Of a stretch of 64,000 bases of DNA, positions 24,058-35,800 are shown piece after piece. Numbering within the stretch: the first letter of the stretch is position 1; the number at the start of each line of letters is the position of its first letter. Made by a program: the position numbers and the translations under genes. The stretch comes from Phyllobates terribilis (Eukaryota): positions 364,994,001 through 365,058,000 of the forward strand of contig NW_027362769.1 of assembly GCF_046119375.1 (NCBI RefSeq). The letters run 5' to 3'. Below the pieces are notes generated by a model. That model saw only the letters and a program-made list of their open reading frames with translations. It did not search any database and had not been told where the DNA came from.

Positions 24058-25026
24058 CTAGTTTAAAAACTCCTCCAACCTATTAGCCATCTTCTTCCCC
24101 AGCACCGCTGCACCCTCCCCATTGAGGTGCAGCCCGTCCCTACGGTAGAGCCTGTAGCCGACAGCGAAGTCGGCCCAGTTCTCCATGAACCCAAACCCTT
24201 CTGCCTTGCACCAACTCTTTAGCCACTTATTCACCTCCCTAACCTCCCATTGGCGCTCCTGTGTGGCTCGCGGGATTGTTAGTATTTCTGAGAAAACTAC
24301 CTTGGAGGTCCTTGCCCTAAGCTTCCTACCTAGATCCCTGAAATCATTTTTAAGGACCCTCCATCTACCACTCACTTTGTCATTGGTGCCAATGTGGACC
24401 ATGACCGCTGGGTCTTCGCCAGCCCCACCCAGTAACCTGTCAACCCGATCCGCGATGTGCCGGACTCGAGCGCCAGGGAGGCAGCACACCGTTCGGCGAT
24501 CCCGGTCTTTGTGACAGATTGCCCTGTCTGTCCCCCTAATAATAGAGTCACCCACTACCAGGACCTGTCTAGCCTGCCCTACACTTCCCCCCTCCCCCTC
24601 ATTACTGGAGCATACACTCCCCCGGCGGTCAGAGGATCTGTCGTGCTCCAATAATGCCGGTTCTGAACCAGCCTTCCTATACTTCTTCCCTCTATCCCTT
24701 CTAACTGTTACCCAGCTCCCTGCCTGTTCAGCCTGCGCTTCCCCACTAAGCTCCACCCCCAGTGTTGACCCATTGAGTGTCTGCTCGGTGAGCAGCAAAC
24801 TCCGTTCCATGTTGTCGATGCTCCTCAGTACCGCTATCTGAGCACTTAGATCCAGGATTTGGGCTTCCAAGTGCACGATATGCTCACATCTCTCGCAGCA
24901 GTATGGATCCCTGAGCGGTAGCTCAGGGAATGCATACATTGCGCAAGATGTACACTGCACGGCTCCGGCCAACATGGACGTCATTCTAAATATGGGGATA
25001 CAGTCAGTATATATGTACAAGTACAA
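24058..25026 (-). CDS. CR1 ORF1: Cys-rich N-terminus plus SGNH/GDSL esterase-like domain
   Basis: 322 aa; VVGDSII, HIGTND and DGLHLN motifs. Confidence 0.9.
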   Translation of the reverse strand: MYLYIYTDCIPIFRMTSMLAGAVQCTSCAMYAFPELPLRDPYCCERCEHIVHLEAQILDLSAQIAVLRSIDNMERSLLLTEQTLNGSTLGVELSGEAQAEQAGSWVTVRRDRGKKYRKAGSEPALLEHDRSSDRRGSVCSSNEGEGGSVGQARQVLVVGDSIIRGTDRAICHKDRDRRTVCCLPGARVRHIADRVDRLLGGAGEDPAVMVHIGTNDKVSGRWRVLKNDFRDLGRKLRARTSKVVFSEILTIPRATQERQWEVREVNKWLKSWCKAEGFGFMENWADFAVGYRLYRRDGLHLNGEGAAVLGKKMANRLEEFLN

Positions 25027-25039
25027 AACACAATTATTT

Positions 25040-25780
25040 ATATATAGGTGTATGGACGGGGATCAATTAGGGATGTGCAAGTGTATCGATTAGATATCGG
25101 CGCGGGATCAGTTAAGTATGGACGGGGGATCAATTAAGTATCAATTAAGTATGGACGGGGGATCAGCTGAGTGGGTCAGGTGGATTAATTAAGTATGCAC
25201 GGTGTGTCAATTAACTATGGACTGGGATCAATAAGTATGAACTGGGGAAATAATTAATTGTGGACTAGGGAATCAATCAATTAATTATGGACAGGGGGTT
25301 TAATTAAATAGGATTTGGGGTAAAGCAAATAAATAGGTATGGACGGTGGGTCAATTAACTAAGGACTGGGGATCAATAAGTATCAATAATATCAATAAAT
25401 ATGGACTGGGGAAATAATTAATTGTGGTCTGGGGAATCAATCAATTAATTATGGACAGGGGTTAATTAAATATGGTGGGGGATAAGGCAAATAGATAGGG
25501 ACTGGGGATGAGTAAAAGTGGACAAGGGGAATCTATTAAATAGGACAAGGGGGATCAATCAATTATGGGCTGGTGGGGTCAATCATTTAAATGTGGTCAG
25601 GGGGATCAATTTAATATGGACGGGGGGTGGTCGGGGATCAATTAAATGAGGACGGGGGGGTCAATTTAATGTGGTCAGAGGGATCAGTTAAATATGGACA
25701 GGGGTGTTCAGGGGAATCAATTTAAATATGGACGGGGGGGTAATCAATTAAATATGGACTAGGGAATACAATACAATTAC
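25040..25780. repeat. Degenerate minisatellite in the CR1 5' UTR
   Basis: Recurrent TATGGAC..GGGGATCAATTAA units. Confidence 0.7.
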
Positions 25781-26070
25781 AATACAGATACAAATACAAT
25801 ACAGTACAGTACACACTTGGGTTCAGTAGGGCCGCTTATCGCGGCCTCCTGCCCCTCACTCACCTCCTCTAGGGACGCTGCACGCTATCACAGCGCGCTT
25901 GTCCCTCCGGTCGCCTCTTACCGGTCCTCCTGATCACCTCCTGGTCACCACCACCTGGCACCCTCCGCTGGCCGGCACTGCACGCTGCCACAGCGCTCTC
26001 TTGCGCTCGTCCCTCCGGTCGCCTCCTACTGGTCCTCCCGGTCCGCTCGGTCACCTCCGCCTGGCTCTCC

Positions 26071-26400
26071 TCCTGGGAAGAGGTTCCGACCGGGGTGTCC
26101 CTTCTTGAGGCGCTGCTCGACTTCCCGCTGGCTGACGAACACATCGTCCTGGAACTGGGGACACCGGATGAACCCCCACCCCGCCTCACGATGAAAACGG
26201 ACGACTTGGCCTTCGTACCGGGGACTGGGACGGGTGGCCTCCTCCTGACGCGCCCGAGTTTTTGCAGCTTTGGTCCTGACCTCGAGGTGCTCGCAGCGCT
26301 GCTCCCGCCGACGCTGCTCCCATGCGAGCTGGAATATCTGGTCGCTGCACCACTGGATCCTCCTCCGCGCTTCAGCCCTGGTCTCCCGGGGGAAGCCCAT
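26071..26400 (-). pseudogene. Cold-shock-domain protein of element D, N-terminal part (strands beta1-beta3)
   Basis: YEGQVVRFHREAGWGFI...DDVFVSQREV with RNP1- and RNP2-like motifs. Confidence 0.75.
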
Positions 26401-27002
26401 TAGGTCGCCCCCCTAGTTTTCCCAGGCCCAATCCTCAGCCTCGGGCCAGGTTCCTGCCATGCAGGTAGCGGGGTTAGAACGGGTTGCTGCGAGTCCTCTG
26501 TAGACGCGGACCAGTCCGGGTTGGAGCCGGTAGTTTCCTCTGCAGCTTCAGGCACCTCCGAATCAGGGTTTGGGCGGCATCGCAGGTCCTCACACATGGC
26601 TGCCGATTCCAGCTCTGGAGCCAACGCTTGCTCCCAGGTGACCTCGTGGGGAATCAGGTACTCCGACATGAGGTCCAAGATAGTCACGGTAGGCTCTGCA
26701 GCCAGGGCAGGGGTTGCACACTCACCCGCCGCTGGGCCGCTCTCGACCTCTGTCACCGAGTCGACTTGTCCTGGGACCTCTACTCCTTGACGGCGGTCCC
26801 GGATACGCAGCAGCATCTCTTCCCGCCACGCAGCCGTCGCCGCCTCCTGGGCCTCTATCTGCCTTCTTAGGAGTTCCGGAGCTTCCTGCTGGAGAAATGT
26901 AATATCTCCCGGGGTCAATACGCTGCCGCCTTGCTCTCTGCCGGGTGAAGGGCCTGAACCGGGTTCAGTAGATGCGTGGTCTTGCTCCCCAGAGGCATCC
27001 AT
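26400..27002 (-). CDS. 200-aa acidic ORF of element D, unknown function (gag position)
   Basis: Lies between the PBS and the CSD ORF; short helical segment ELLRRQIEAQEAATAAWREEMLLRIRDR; no recognised family motif. Confidence 0.4.
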   Translation of the reverse strand: MDASGEQDHASTEPGSGPSPGREQGGSVLTPGDITFLQQEAPELLRRQIEAQEAATAAWREEMLLRIRDRRQGVEVPGQVDSVTEVESGPAAGECATPALAAEPTVTILDLMSEYLIPHEVTWEQALAPELESAAMCEDLRCRPNPDSEVPEAAEETTGSNPDWSASTEDSQQPVLTPLPAWQEPGPRLRIGPGKTRGAT

Positions 27003-28425
27003 GTCTGCCTCCGTTGACTGCCAAGCTCCAACTGCAATGGCCGAACCTTGTTGCTTTGCTTCTTCCTCCTCTCTCGGGGCGGTTCCTGGGCGGAATGCTG
27101 ACAGGCCCGCCTTTGTTCAGCCCATCCAGTTTGATGGGCATTACCCCGCGGACAGTCTCTGATGGAAGGGGCAGTCCACCTTTTTGGCGCCAAGCGGGAG
27201 CCCAGCCCACGATGGGAGGTGTTCAAAGACAGTCTTTTCACAGCATTATGGCGTCTGTTCTTCTTGGGCGGGCGCCATTTTAAGTGTAAACAACAGTTCA
27301 AGGTGTAAGGCACACAGTACCCGATAGCAATGGGCACTTCTTCCTTTGCTGCGGGCACGCGATCCTGCCGACTACGCCAGGTTGTGACGCCTCTACTCAG
27401 AGAAACCCATGTTTTACCCTGGGTGATGGGGGACTCGGTGTCGGGCCCTGTGATGGAGAGATGGGATGCAGCCGTGGCCTAGGCCCGACCCGTGCTCAGG
27501 GCCGTCACATTAGAAAGAGATGCTGTTGGCTTGTCCGGGTTGAGTGGCTTATTTTAACGACTACGCCACCTGTGGTGCCTGGTGAAGGGTCACCAGCGCC
27601 GCTGCAGTCCGCTGAGGCCCGGTGTCATGGCGAAAGTTCTCGCTGCTCCCCACAGGCGGAGCAAGGCCTCAGGGCAGGCAAACAGGAAAGAGAGGGGGTA
27701 GTAGTGCGGGGAGTACGGGCACCGCGTCGCATGGTATGGCGCGTAATGAACACTCCAGAGGCCATAGGGGTGAACTTCCAAGGCTTTACTCACTTAGAGA
27801 TGTCAGCGGGAAGGCGACTCCCTGCTCCCCGCGGAGTCCTGCGGCCACCAGGGACGGGGGTCCGACTACCTCCGAGAAAGTCCAGTGTTCGGTAGCGACC
27901 CTACACCAGAGTGTTCCTGCACTATAAACTTCACCCTTTCCCGTCTGTGCGTGTGTAGATAGGCCGGGTCTCCCTCTGAGCTCCTCTCAGGACTAGGGCA
28001 CGGATGGCAATTCCTCTCCATCCGATGCCCGGTGGGATCCTCAGGGCCTAACCGGGCTTTCCCGTCCAGGACATAGAGTACAAGGTCGGGTGTCGAGGGC
28101 CGGTACCCCTCTTGCAGCCGGAATCCCTCTGAATAGATCAGGTAGGCGATGACAGGTGGCGTGCTCCGCTCCGTCTGCATCCTCCCCGGGACCCATTTGC
28201 TGGGGAGCCACACTCTAAAGCTCCCAGGGCCTTCTTGATCCTGGTCCTTGGCCGGGTTGAGACATTCCTTGTCTACAACCTACCTCTCGTCCCAAGGCCA
28301 GGGTACGAGGGCTGTGTCCCTTACCGGCGCAGGCCCACATAGGATCTGCGCTCCCGGAGGGAGGTCACATTACACACAGTATTTTGACCGCACAGAGACA
28401 GCCGACAGACTAGCAAAGGCTAGAC

Positions 28426-29938
28426 CAGGGGTCCTCAAACTACGGCCCGCGGGCCACATGCGGCCCGCGGAGGACTTTTATCCGGCCCGCCGGGCTATGG
28501 GTGGAGGAGAGGGGAGCGGTGTCAGCACCCGCCCTTCTCCCCCGCTTGCTCAGGGCCCCGGCAGGCGGATACTTACCTCTCCCTGTGCCTCTGCAGATCC
28601 GCTGTCTTCCTGCTCTGCGCTTTCTGTGACGTCTCAGGTCAGAGGATGCGGTGACGTCTTTACACCGCACCCTCCCGAGTGCCGTCACAGGCAGCGCAGA
28701 GCGGGACGACGCCGCCGCGACGCTGGAGTCCAGACCAGAGTAGGGCAGCGGCAGCGGCAGCAGGTGAGAAGTGAGGTGAGTATTGGATTTTTTTTTTTTT
28801 TTTAATGTATGGAGGCATAGGTCATTATATGGAGGAGTGACATCCTGCAAGGGGTATAATATGGGGAGGTGACATCCTGCATGGGGCATGATATGGGGGG
28901 TGACATCCTGCATGGGGCATTATATGGGGGGGTGACATGCTGCAAGGGGTATAATATGGGGGGGTAAACATCCTGCATGGGGCATGATATGGGGGGGGTG
29001 ACATGCTGCATGTGGCATTATATGGGGGGGGGGGTGACAAGCTGCATGTGGCATTATATTGGGGGGGTGACATGCTGCATGGGGCATTATATGGGGGGTG
29101 ACATGCTGCATGGGGCATTATATGTGGGGGGTGACATGCTGCATGGGGTATAATAAAGACAGGGGAGAGTTATCCTGCATGGGGCATTATATGGGGGGTG
29201 ACATCCTGCATGGGGCATTATATGGGGGGTGACATCCTGCATGGGGCATAATATAGGGGGGGTGACATGCTGCATGGGGCATAATATGGGGGGGTGACAT
29301 GCTGCATGGGGCATAATATGGGGGGTGACATGCTGCATGGGGCATTATATGGGGGGGTGACATGCTGCATGGGGCATTATATGGGGGGGGGAACAGCCTG
29401 CATGGGGCATTATAAGGGGTGGAACAGCCTGCATATGGCATTATAAGGGGGAAACAGCCTGCCTATTTGGAACATTTACCTGCCCATTGAGGACCTATGC
29501 TGCCTATTGGGGACATTTACCTGCCTATTGGGGACCTATGCTGCCTATTGGGTACATTTACCTGCCTATTGGGGACCTATGCTGCCTATTGGGGACATTT
29601 ACCTGCCTATGGGGGACATTTACCTGCCTATTGGGGATATTTACCTGCCTATTGAGGACCGATGCTGCCTATTGGGGACATTTACCTGCCTATTGAGGAC
29701 CTATGCTGCCTATTGGGTACAGTTACCTACCTATTGAAATACCGGTTGATTTAACTTTACTTGTTCTTCATTTTAAATATTGTATTTGTTCCTGTATTGT
29801 TTTTTTTACTACAAAATAAGATATGTGCAGTGTGCATAGTAATTTGTTCATAGTTTTTTTTAAAAACTATATTCCGGCCCTCCAATGGTCTGAGGGACCG
29901 TGAACTGGCCCCCTGTTTAAAAAGTTTGAGGACCCCTG
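28426..29938. mobile_element. Non-autonomous hAT (Charlie-like) element inserted in the 5' LTR of D
   Basis: Perfect 16-bp TIR CAGGGGTCCTCAAACT; 8-bp TSD GGCTAGAC; empty site present in the other LTR; internal ~30-bp and ~20-bp minisatellites. Confidence 0.95.
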
Positions 29939-30263
29939 GGCTAGACAAAGGACCAGAGAAGAACAACAGACCAAGATCAAAGATGGCTTTCTATTAAATA
30001 TGAAATTTAAGGTGTAACTAACTTGTAAGTCCTCCACCCACACCCACTAACTGGTTCCTACCACTTTGTGTTCCCCAGTCTCCCTGTAACCAGGGGAGCA
30101 ACACCTAGTGCATACTAGCTCCCTCTGGTGGAGAAGTGTGGTGTTGGATGCAAGGCTGGGTCGCGACCATCACACCGGGCTTACCTCAGAGGAGGAACAC
30201 TACACTCCATTAGAGAAGTGCAGCATTCCTGTGGCGGTCGAACCCTCAGGGGTGCCACACATG

Positions 30264-30620
30264 CATGGCATTGCATATTGTGGGGAATTGCATAGGGAAG
30301 TGATGTTGCATGTTGGGGACTTGCATATATAAGTGGGTGATGTTGAGGGTCTAGCAGAGGGAAGGGCGTGATGCATGCATGGCACTGCATATTGTGGGGA
30401 ATTGCATAGGGAAGTGATGTTGCATGTTGGGGACTTGCATATATAAGTGGGTGATGTTGAGGGTCTAGCAGAGGGAAGGGCGTGATGCATGCATGGCACT
30501 GCATATTGTGGGGAATTGCATAGGGAAGTGATGTTGCATGTTGGGGACTTGCATATGTAAGTGGGTGATGTTGAGGGTCTAGCACAGGGAAGGGGGTGAT
30601 GCATGCATGTGTTGCATGTT
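30264..30620. repeat. About 3 copies of a ~114-bp tandem unit inside the outer hAT
   Basis: GCATGCATGGCACTGCATATTGTGGGG... repeated. Confidence 0.75.
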
Positions 30621-32830
30621 GTGGGGGCTTTTACAGGGAATGAGTTATGGGCACACCATCTGTACTGTCAACGCTTTGAACGCAGTATACTTTATGCTGC
30701 GTCCAAAGCGCTGCACGCAGGTGAATCCGCATGTGTTCATTGAACCATGCGGATTCACCCCATCCTATACATTGCACTGATCTAATTTCTCTTGTGGAGA
30801 CTAGCGACTCCGCAAGAGAAATTGACGGAAAGACGCGCCGCAAGTCCGTGTCCGCGGGTGATCCGCAGGTGCCTGGAGATGCATAGTGGGCATGGGATTT
30901 CTTCAAATCCCATCCACTTTGCTTGTATTATCGAATGCTGTGGTTTGCACGCAGCGCAAGTGTGCTGCATCCAATCAGCAGCGTTTACTGACCGTGTGCA
31001 CATACCCTTTATGTTGCATGTTGGCGCCTTGCATATGTAAGGGGGTGTTGTTGCATTTCATTCCTCTTGCATGTAGAATTTGACTGATGCTGCATGTTGG
31101 GGGGCTTACACACTTAAGGGGTGCATCTGGAATCATAATATCTGTTAAAGGGGCCCACTGAGACTCTTTCGCCCGGGGCCCACAAAAACCTGGAGCCGGC
31201 CCTGGTGTGTATATACGATGAAGTGGGCGGATTAGCTTGATCCTGTGTTGGAGTTTGGGTTTCCTTTTTTATGTAATATTTTTTGAGAGCCAATTTTCTC
31301 ATGAATTGTTTGATTCCAATAAAGGCCTGAAATTTGTTAAGGCCTATCGAGGGGGCAAACTTCAGGCCCTTATTAAGTAGGTTGATTTCATTGGGTTTTA
31401 GGTTGTGTTTACTTAGGTTAAAAATAGAATCACCTTTACTGTTTATCTGTTCTAATTGTTTCTTCTTTTTGGAGAATTGCCCTACTCTACAGCCCCTTTG
31501 GCACCTTTTCTTTGGGCCAACTGAAAAAAATTTGAGTTGCTGGCCCTTTTACTAATTTGTGGGTGTTGAGAGTTCGATCTGGTTCTCAAGCCGTTGTCTT
31601 GGGAGGCGGTAGGATATTGATTATTATTGCTAGGGTATTCATTAATTTTTTTCCAGTGGGTCAAAGCGGTTTTGTGTGTTAATGGGCGTAAGTATTGGGG
31701 AGGTAGCTTCAGTGGAAGGTTGAGGGCTGGTTGTTGTGCCTCTATGGCCATCCAGTTGTGTTTGATGATAATAGTCTGGTGTTGGATGGGTGGAAAATCT
31801 GTCCTCTGATATTTGGGTGTCCGATGGTGGTGGACTGGCTATGGCCTCGTTCACAACTTCAAAAACTAATCCTTCCCGTATGCGATATTGTGTGTTAATG
31901 TCTGGGATAGCGTCACGTCCAAATTTCAATCTTTTCAAATTTCTATACCGAGCAATGATTTTTAACTTCTTGTAACCTACATATTTAAATAAAATTGGAC
32001 ATTTTTAACATCTTCAATGTTATTTCTTGCCACATACCCTATACACTAGCGCAAGTTGTTTTATATATTTTTTATACTAACATTACGTTAAATAACATCC
32101 GCCTGGAATATAATCATATACACCTCTTGTAGAAAAACGATGCCCCCTGGAATGTTTGGTGGCCAGTGTGAACATGGGCCTACACAGTGCATGCACATGC
32201 ATTTATTTTCCACTTTTTCTCTTTAGGCTTCGGTTTCAGGATTTTTGCACTCTTTGCAAATAAAGGAGTGGTTTCCTTTTTCCTTGAGCTGGACATTACA
32301 TTTGTATATTTCTCCATGGCTGGGTGTCCATTAGCCAGGTCTCAGGCCTTCTCATCCCTTATTAACATTACGTCACTTTACATACGTAAGGTTTTAAGAC
32401 TAGAGGTTAGGATTCCTTACCTTTCCATGGTTCCCAGGATGGCTTTAGCTCTGCTACATTGACATGACAGGCTGGATCGCAGCAGAACGCTGCCATCCAG
32501 TTTGCCATGCCGCAGACACTGAGAAGCTCCTCAGTGAAGCTCCTCAGTGTCTGGCTGTGACGGCATCCAGATGAGTCGAGTTCATGTCCCCCATTTTAAT
32601 AGCTAGTAAAGGCTAGGTATTCAGCTGGGGGCTGATATTAGTAGCCTGGGAAGCTCCGTGGGAATTACCCCCTTCCCAGGCTTCAAACATCTGCCCCAGC
32701 CATCTGCTTAACCTCCGCTAGAGACTAAAATAACAGGGAACCCCACGCCAATTTTTTTTTTAATAAATCCTTTATTTTAACACTAAATGACAAGTACAGT
32801 AACCAACACTGTCACTGTACTTATTATATA

Positions 32831-35800
32831 CTAGATGGTGGCCCGATTCTAACGCATCGGGTATTCTAGAATAGGTATGCGGCCGACCGGGCGCAATCAG
32901 CAGAGCGGTATTTAAATTTGGCGCCAAAATCGCTGATTGGTCGAGGCCGGCAACCGCGACCAATTAGCAAAGCGGTGTTAAAATTTGGCGCCTATATCGC
33001 AGATTTGTCACTGCCGGCGGTCGCGACTAATCAGCAGAGCGGGGTTTAAATTTGGCGCCAATAATGCTGATTGGTCGCGGCCGGCGGTCGCGACCAATCA
33101 GCAGAGCGTTATTTAAATTTGTCGCCAATAATGGTGATTGGTCACGGCCGCGACTAATCAGCAGAGCAGTGTTTAAATTTGTCGCCAATAATGCTGGTTA
33201 TTCGTGACCGGTAACCGCGACCAATGAGCAGAGCGGTGTTTAAATATGGCGCCAATATCGCTTAATGGTCACGGCCGGCCACCACGACCAATCAGCGAAG
33301 CGGTGTTTAAATTTGGCGCCAAAATCGCTGATTGGTCGCGCCCGGCGGTCGCGACCAATCAGCAGAGCGGGGTTTAAATTTTGCGCCAATACTGCTGATT
33401 GTTCGCGGCCGGTGACCGCGACCAATCAGCAGAGCGTTGTTTAAATTTGGCACCAAAATTGCTGATTGGTCGTGACCGTCGGCCGCGACCAATTAGCAGA
33501 GCGGGGTTTAAATTTGGCGCCAATACTGCTCATTGGTCGCGGCCGGCGACCGCGACCAATCAGCAGAGCGGTGTTTTAAATTGGCACCAAAATCGCTGAT
33601 TGGTCGCGGCCGGCCACCGCAACCAATCAGCAGAGCGTTGTTTAAATTTGGCGCTAATCTCGCTGATTGGTCGCGTCTGCCGTCCGCGACCAATAAGCAG
33701 AGCGTTGTTTAAATTTGGCGCCAATCTCGCTGATTGGTCGCGTCTGGTGTCAGCGACCAATCAGCAGAGCGTTGTTTAAATTTGGCGGCAATCTCGCTGA
33801 TTGGCCGCGGCTGCCAGCCGCGACCAATCAGCAGAGCCTTGTTTAAATATGGCGCCAATCTCGCTGATTGGTCGCGGATGGCAGGCCACCGCGACCAATC
33901 AGCAGAGCGGAGTTTAAATGTGCCGCCCATCTCGCTGATTGGTCGTGGACGGCCACCGCGACCAATGAGCAGAGCGGCGTTTAAATTTGCCGGCCATCTC
34001 GCTGATTGGTCGCGGCCGGCCACCGCGACCAATCAGCAGAGCGGCGTTTAAATTTGCCGCCCATCTCTCTGATTGGTCGCGGTCGGCCACCGCGACCAAT
34101 CAGCAGAGCGGCGTTTAAATTTGGCGCCAATACTGCTCATTGGTCGCGGCCGGCGACCGCGAACAATCAGCAGAGCGGTGTTTCAAATTGGCACCAAAAT
34201 CGCTGATTGGTTGCGGCCGGCCACCGCAACCAATCAGCAGAGCGTTGTTTAAATTTGGCGCTAATCTCGCTGATTGGACGCGTCTGCCGTCCGCGACCAA
34301 TAAGCAGAGCGTTGTATAAATTTGGCGCCAATCTCGCTGATTGGTCGCGTCTGGCGTCAGCGACCAATCAGCAGAGCGTTGTTTAAATTTGGCGCCAATC
34401 TCGCTGATTGGCCGCGGCTGGCAGCCGCGACCAATCAGCAGAGCGTTGTTTAAATTTGGCGCCTATCTCGCTGATTGGTCGCGGACGGCCGGCCACCGCG
34501 ACCAATCAGCAGAGCGGCGTTTAAATGTGCCGCCCATATCGCTGATTGGTCGCGGTCACCGCGACCAATCAGCAGAGCGGCGTTTAAATTTGCCGCCGAT
34601 ATCGCTGATTGGTCGCGGTGGCCGGCCGCGACCAATGAGCAGAGTGGCGTTTAAATTTGCCGCCCATCTCGCTGATTAATTGCAGCCGGCCACCGCTACC
34701 AATCAGCAGAGCGGCGTTTAAATTTGCCAGACATCTTGCTGATTGGTCGCGGCCGGCCACCGCGACCAATCAGCACAGCGGCGTTTAAATTTGCCGCCCA
34801 TCTCGCTGATTGGTCGCGGTGGCCGGCCGCGATTAATCATCAGAGCGGCGTTTAAATTTGCCGCCCATCTCGCTGATTGGTCGCGGTGGCCGGCCGCGAT
34901 TAATCAGCACAGCGGCGTTTAAATTTGCCGCCCATCTCGCTGATTGGTCGCGGCCGGCCACCGCGACCAATCAGCAGAACGGCGTTTAAATTTGCCGCCC
35001 ATCTCGCTCATTGGTCGTTGTGGCCGGCCGCGATTAATCAGCAGAGCGGCGTTTAAATTTCCCGGCCATCTCGCTGATTGGTCGCGGTGGCCGGCCGCGA
35101 CCAATCAGCACAGCGGCGTTTAAATTTGCCGCCCATCTCGCTAATTGGTCACGGCCGGCCACCGCAACCAATCAGCACAGCGGTGTTTAAATTTGCCTCC
35201 CATCTCGCTGATTGGTCGCTGCAGCCACCGCGACCAATCAGCAGAGCGGCGTTTAAATTTGCCGCCCATCTCGCTGATTGGTCGCGGCCGGCCACCGCGA
35301 CCAATCAGCAGTGGGGCGTTTAAATTTGCCGCCCATCTCGCTGATTGGTCGCGGTCGGCCGGCCACCGTGACCAATCAGCAGAGCGGTGTTTAAATTTGC
35401 CGCCCATCTCGCTCATTGGTCACTCCCGGCCACCGCGACCAATCAGCAGAGCGGCGTTTAAATTTGCCGCCCATCTCGCTCATTGGTCACTCCCGGCCAC
35501 CGCGACCAATCAGCAGAGCGGCGTTTAAATTTGCCGCCCATCTCGCTGATTGGTCGCGTATGGCCACTGCGACCAATCAGCGTCGTATTAGTGTGAGCCC
35601 GGGAGCGGCGCTGCTTGTGCGGCTCCGTATTAGCGAGGACCGGGGAGCGCCGCTGCCTGTGAGGCTCCATCTGCTGCGAGAAGCCGGGAGATGAGCGACT
35701 GCTCGCAGCAGAAGCGTCCCGACCGGCGGCACCGCTCCCCGGTCCTCCGTTCACACTTGCTGTCGGGAGATCAACGGGCCAAGCCGCTGATCTTCCGACG

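Larger units (their letters stand above)
20913..26069 (-). mobile_element. Full-length CR1-clade LINE
   Basis: Two intact ORFs, 5' UTR with minisatellite, 3' tail repeats CTATGTGACAC; ends set by rejoining the interrupted host ORF, accurate to a few bp. Confidence 0.85.
16808..30259 (-). mobile_element. Pol-less LTR retrotransposon D
   Basis: LTRs 16808-18166 and 27383-30259 (the latter split by a hAT MITE); TSD CATG (16804-16807, 30260-30263); tRNA-Ser PBS 27362-27379; purine tract AGGGGGTAA next to 18167; no RT or IN motifs found outside the inserts. Confidence 0.85.
15693..31204. mobile_element. Non-autonomous hAT element carrying nested insertions
   Basis: 8-bp TSD GTGTGTAT (15685-15692, 31205-31212); imperfect TIRs CAGGGCTGGCGTCA / TGGAGCCGGCCCTG. 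Confidence 0.85.
12886..32075 (-). mobile_element. Degenerate Penelope-like retroelement, split by a 15.5-kb nested insertion
   Basis: N-terminal part 31205-31950 (LLNKGLKFAP); RT fragments 14094-15690 (IRPADKGG, GTVMGTRFTPSYANL, RFIDEI); GIY-YIG 13653-14081; inverted terminal repeat 12970-13091 / 31953-32075; candidate TSD ACTAACATTA at 12876-12885 and 32076-32085. Confidence 0.8.

Noticed and set aside
25856-25863. TCAC(T) as a CR1 target-site duplication with 20904-20908
   Set aside because: Placing the 5' end here leaves about 200 bp unexplained and breaks the host frame. A junction near 26070 restores the CSD in frame, so the match is probably chance.
28802-29737. Cys/His/Pro-rich repetitive ORFs
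   Set aside because: Translations of minisatellites inside a hAT MITE.
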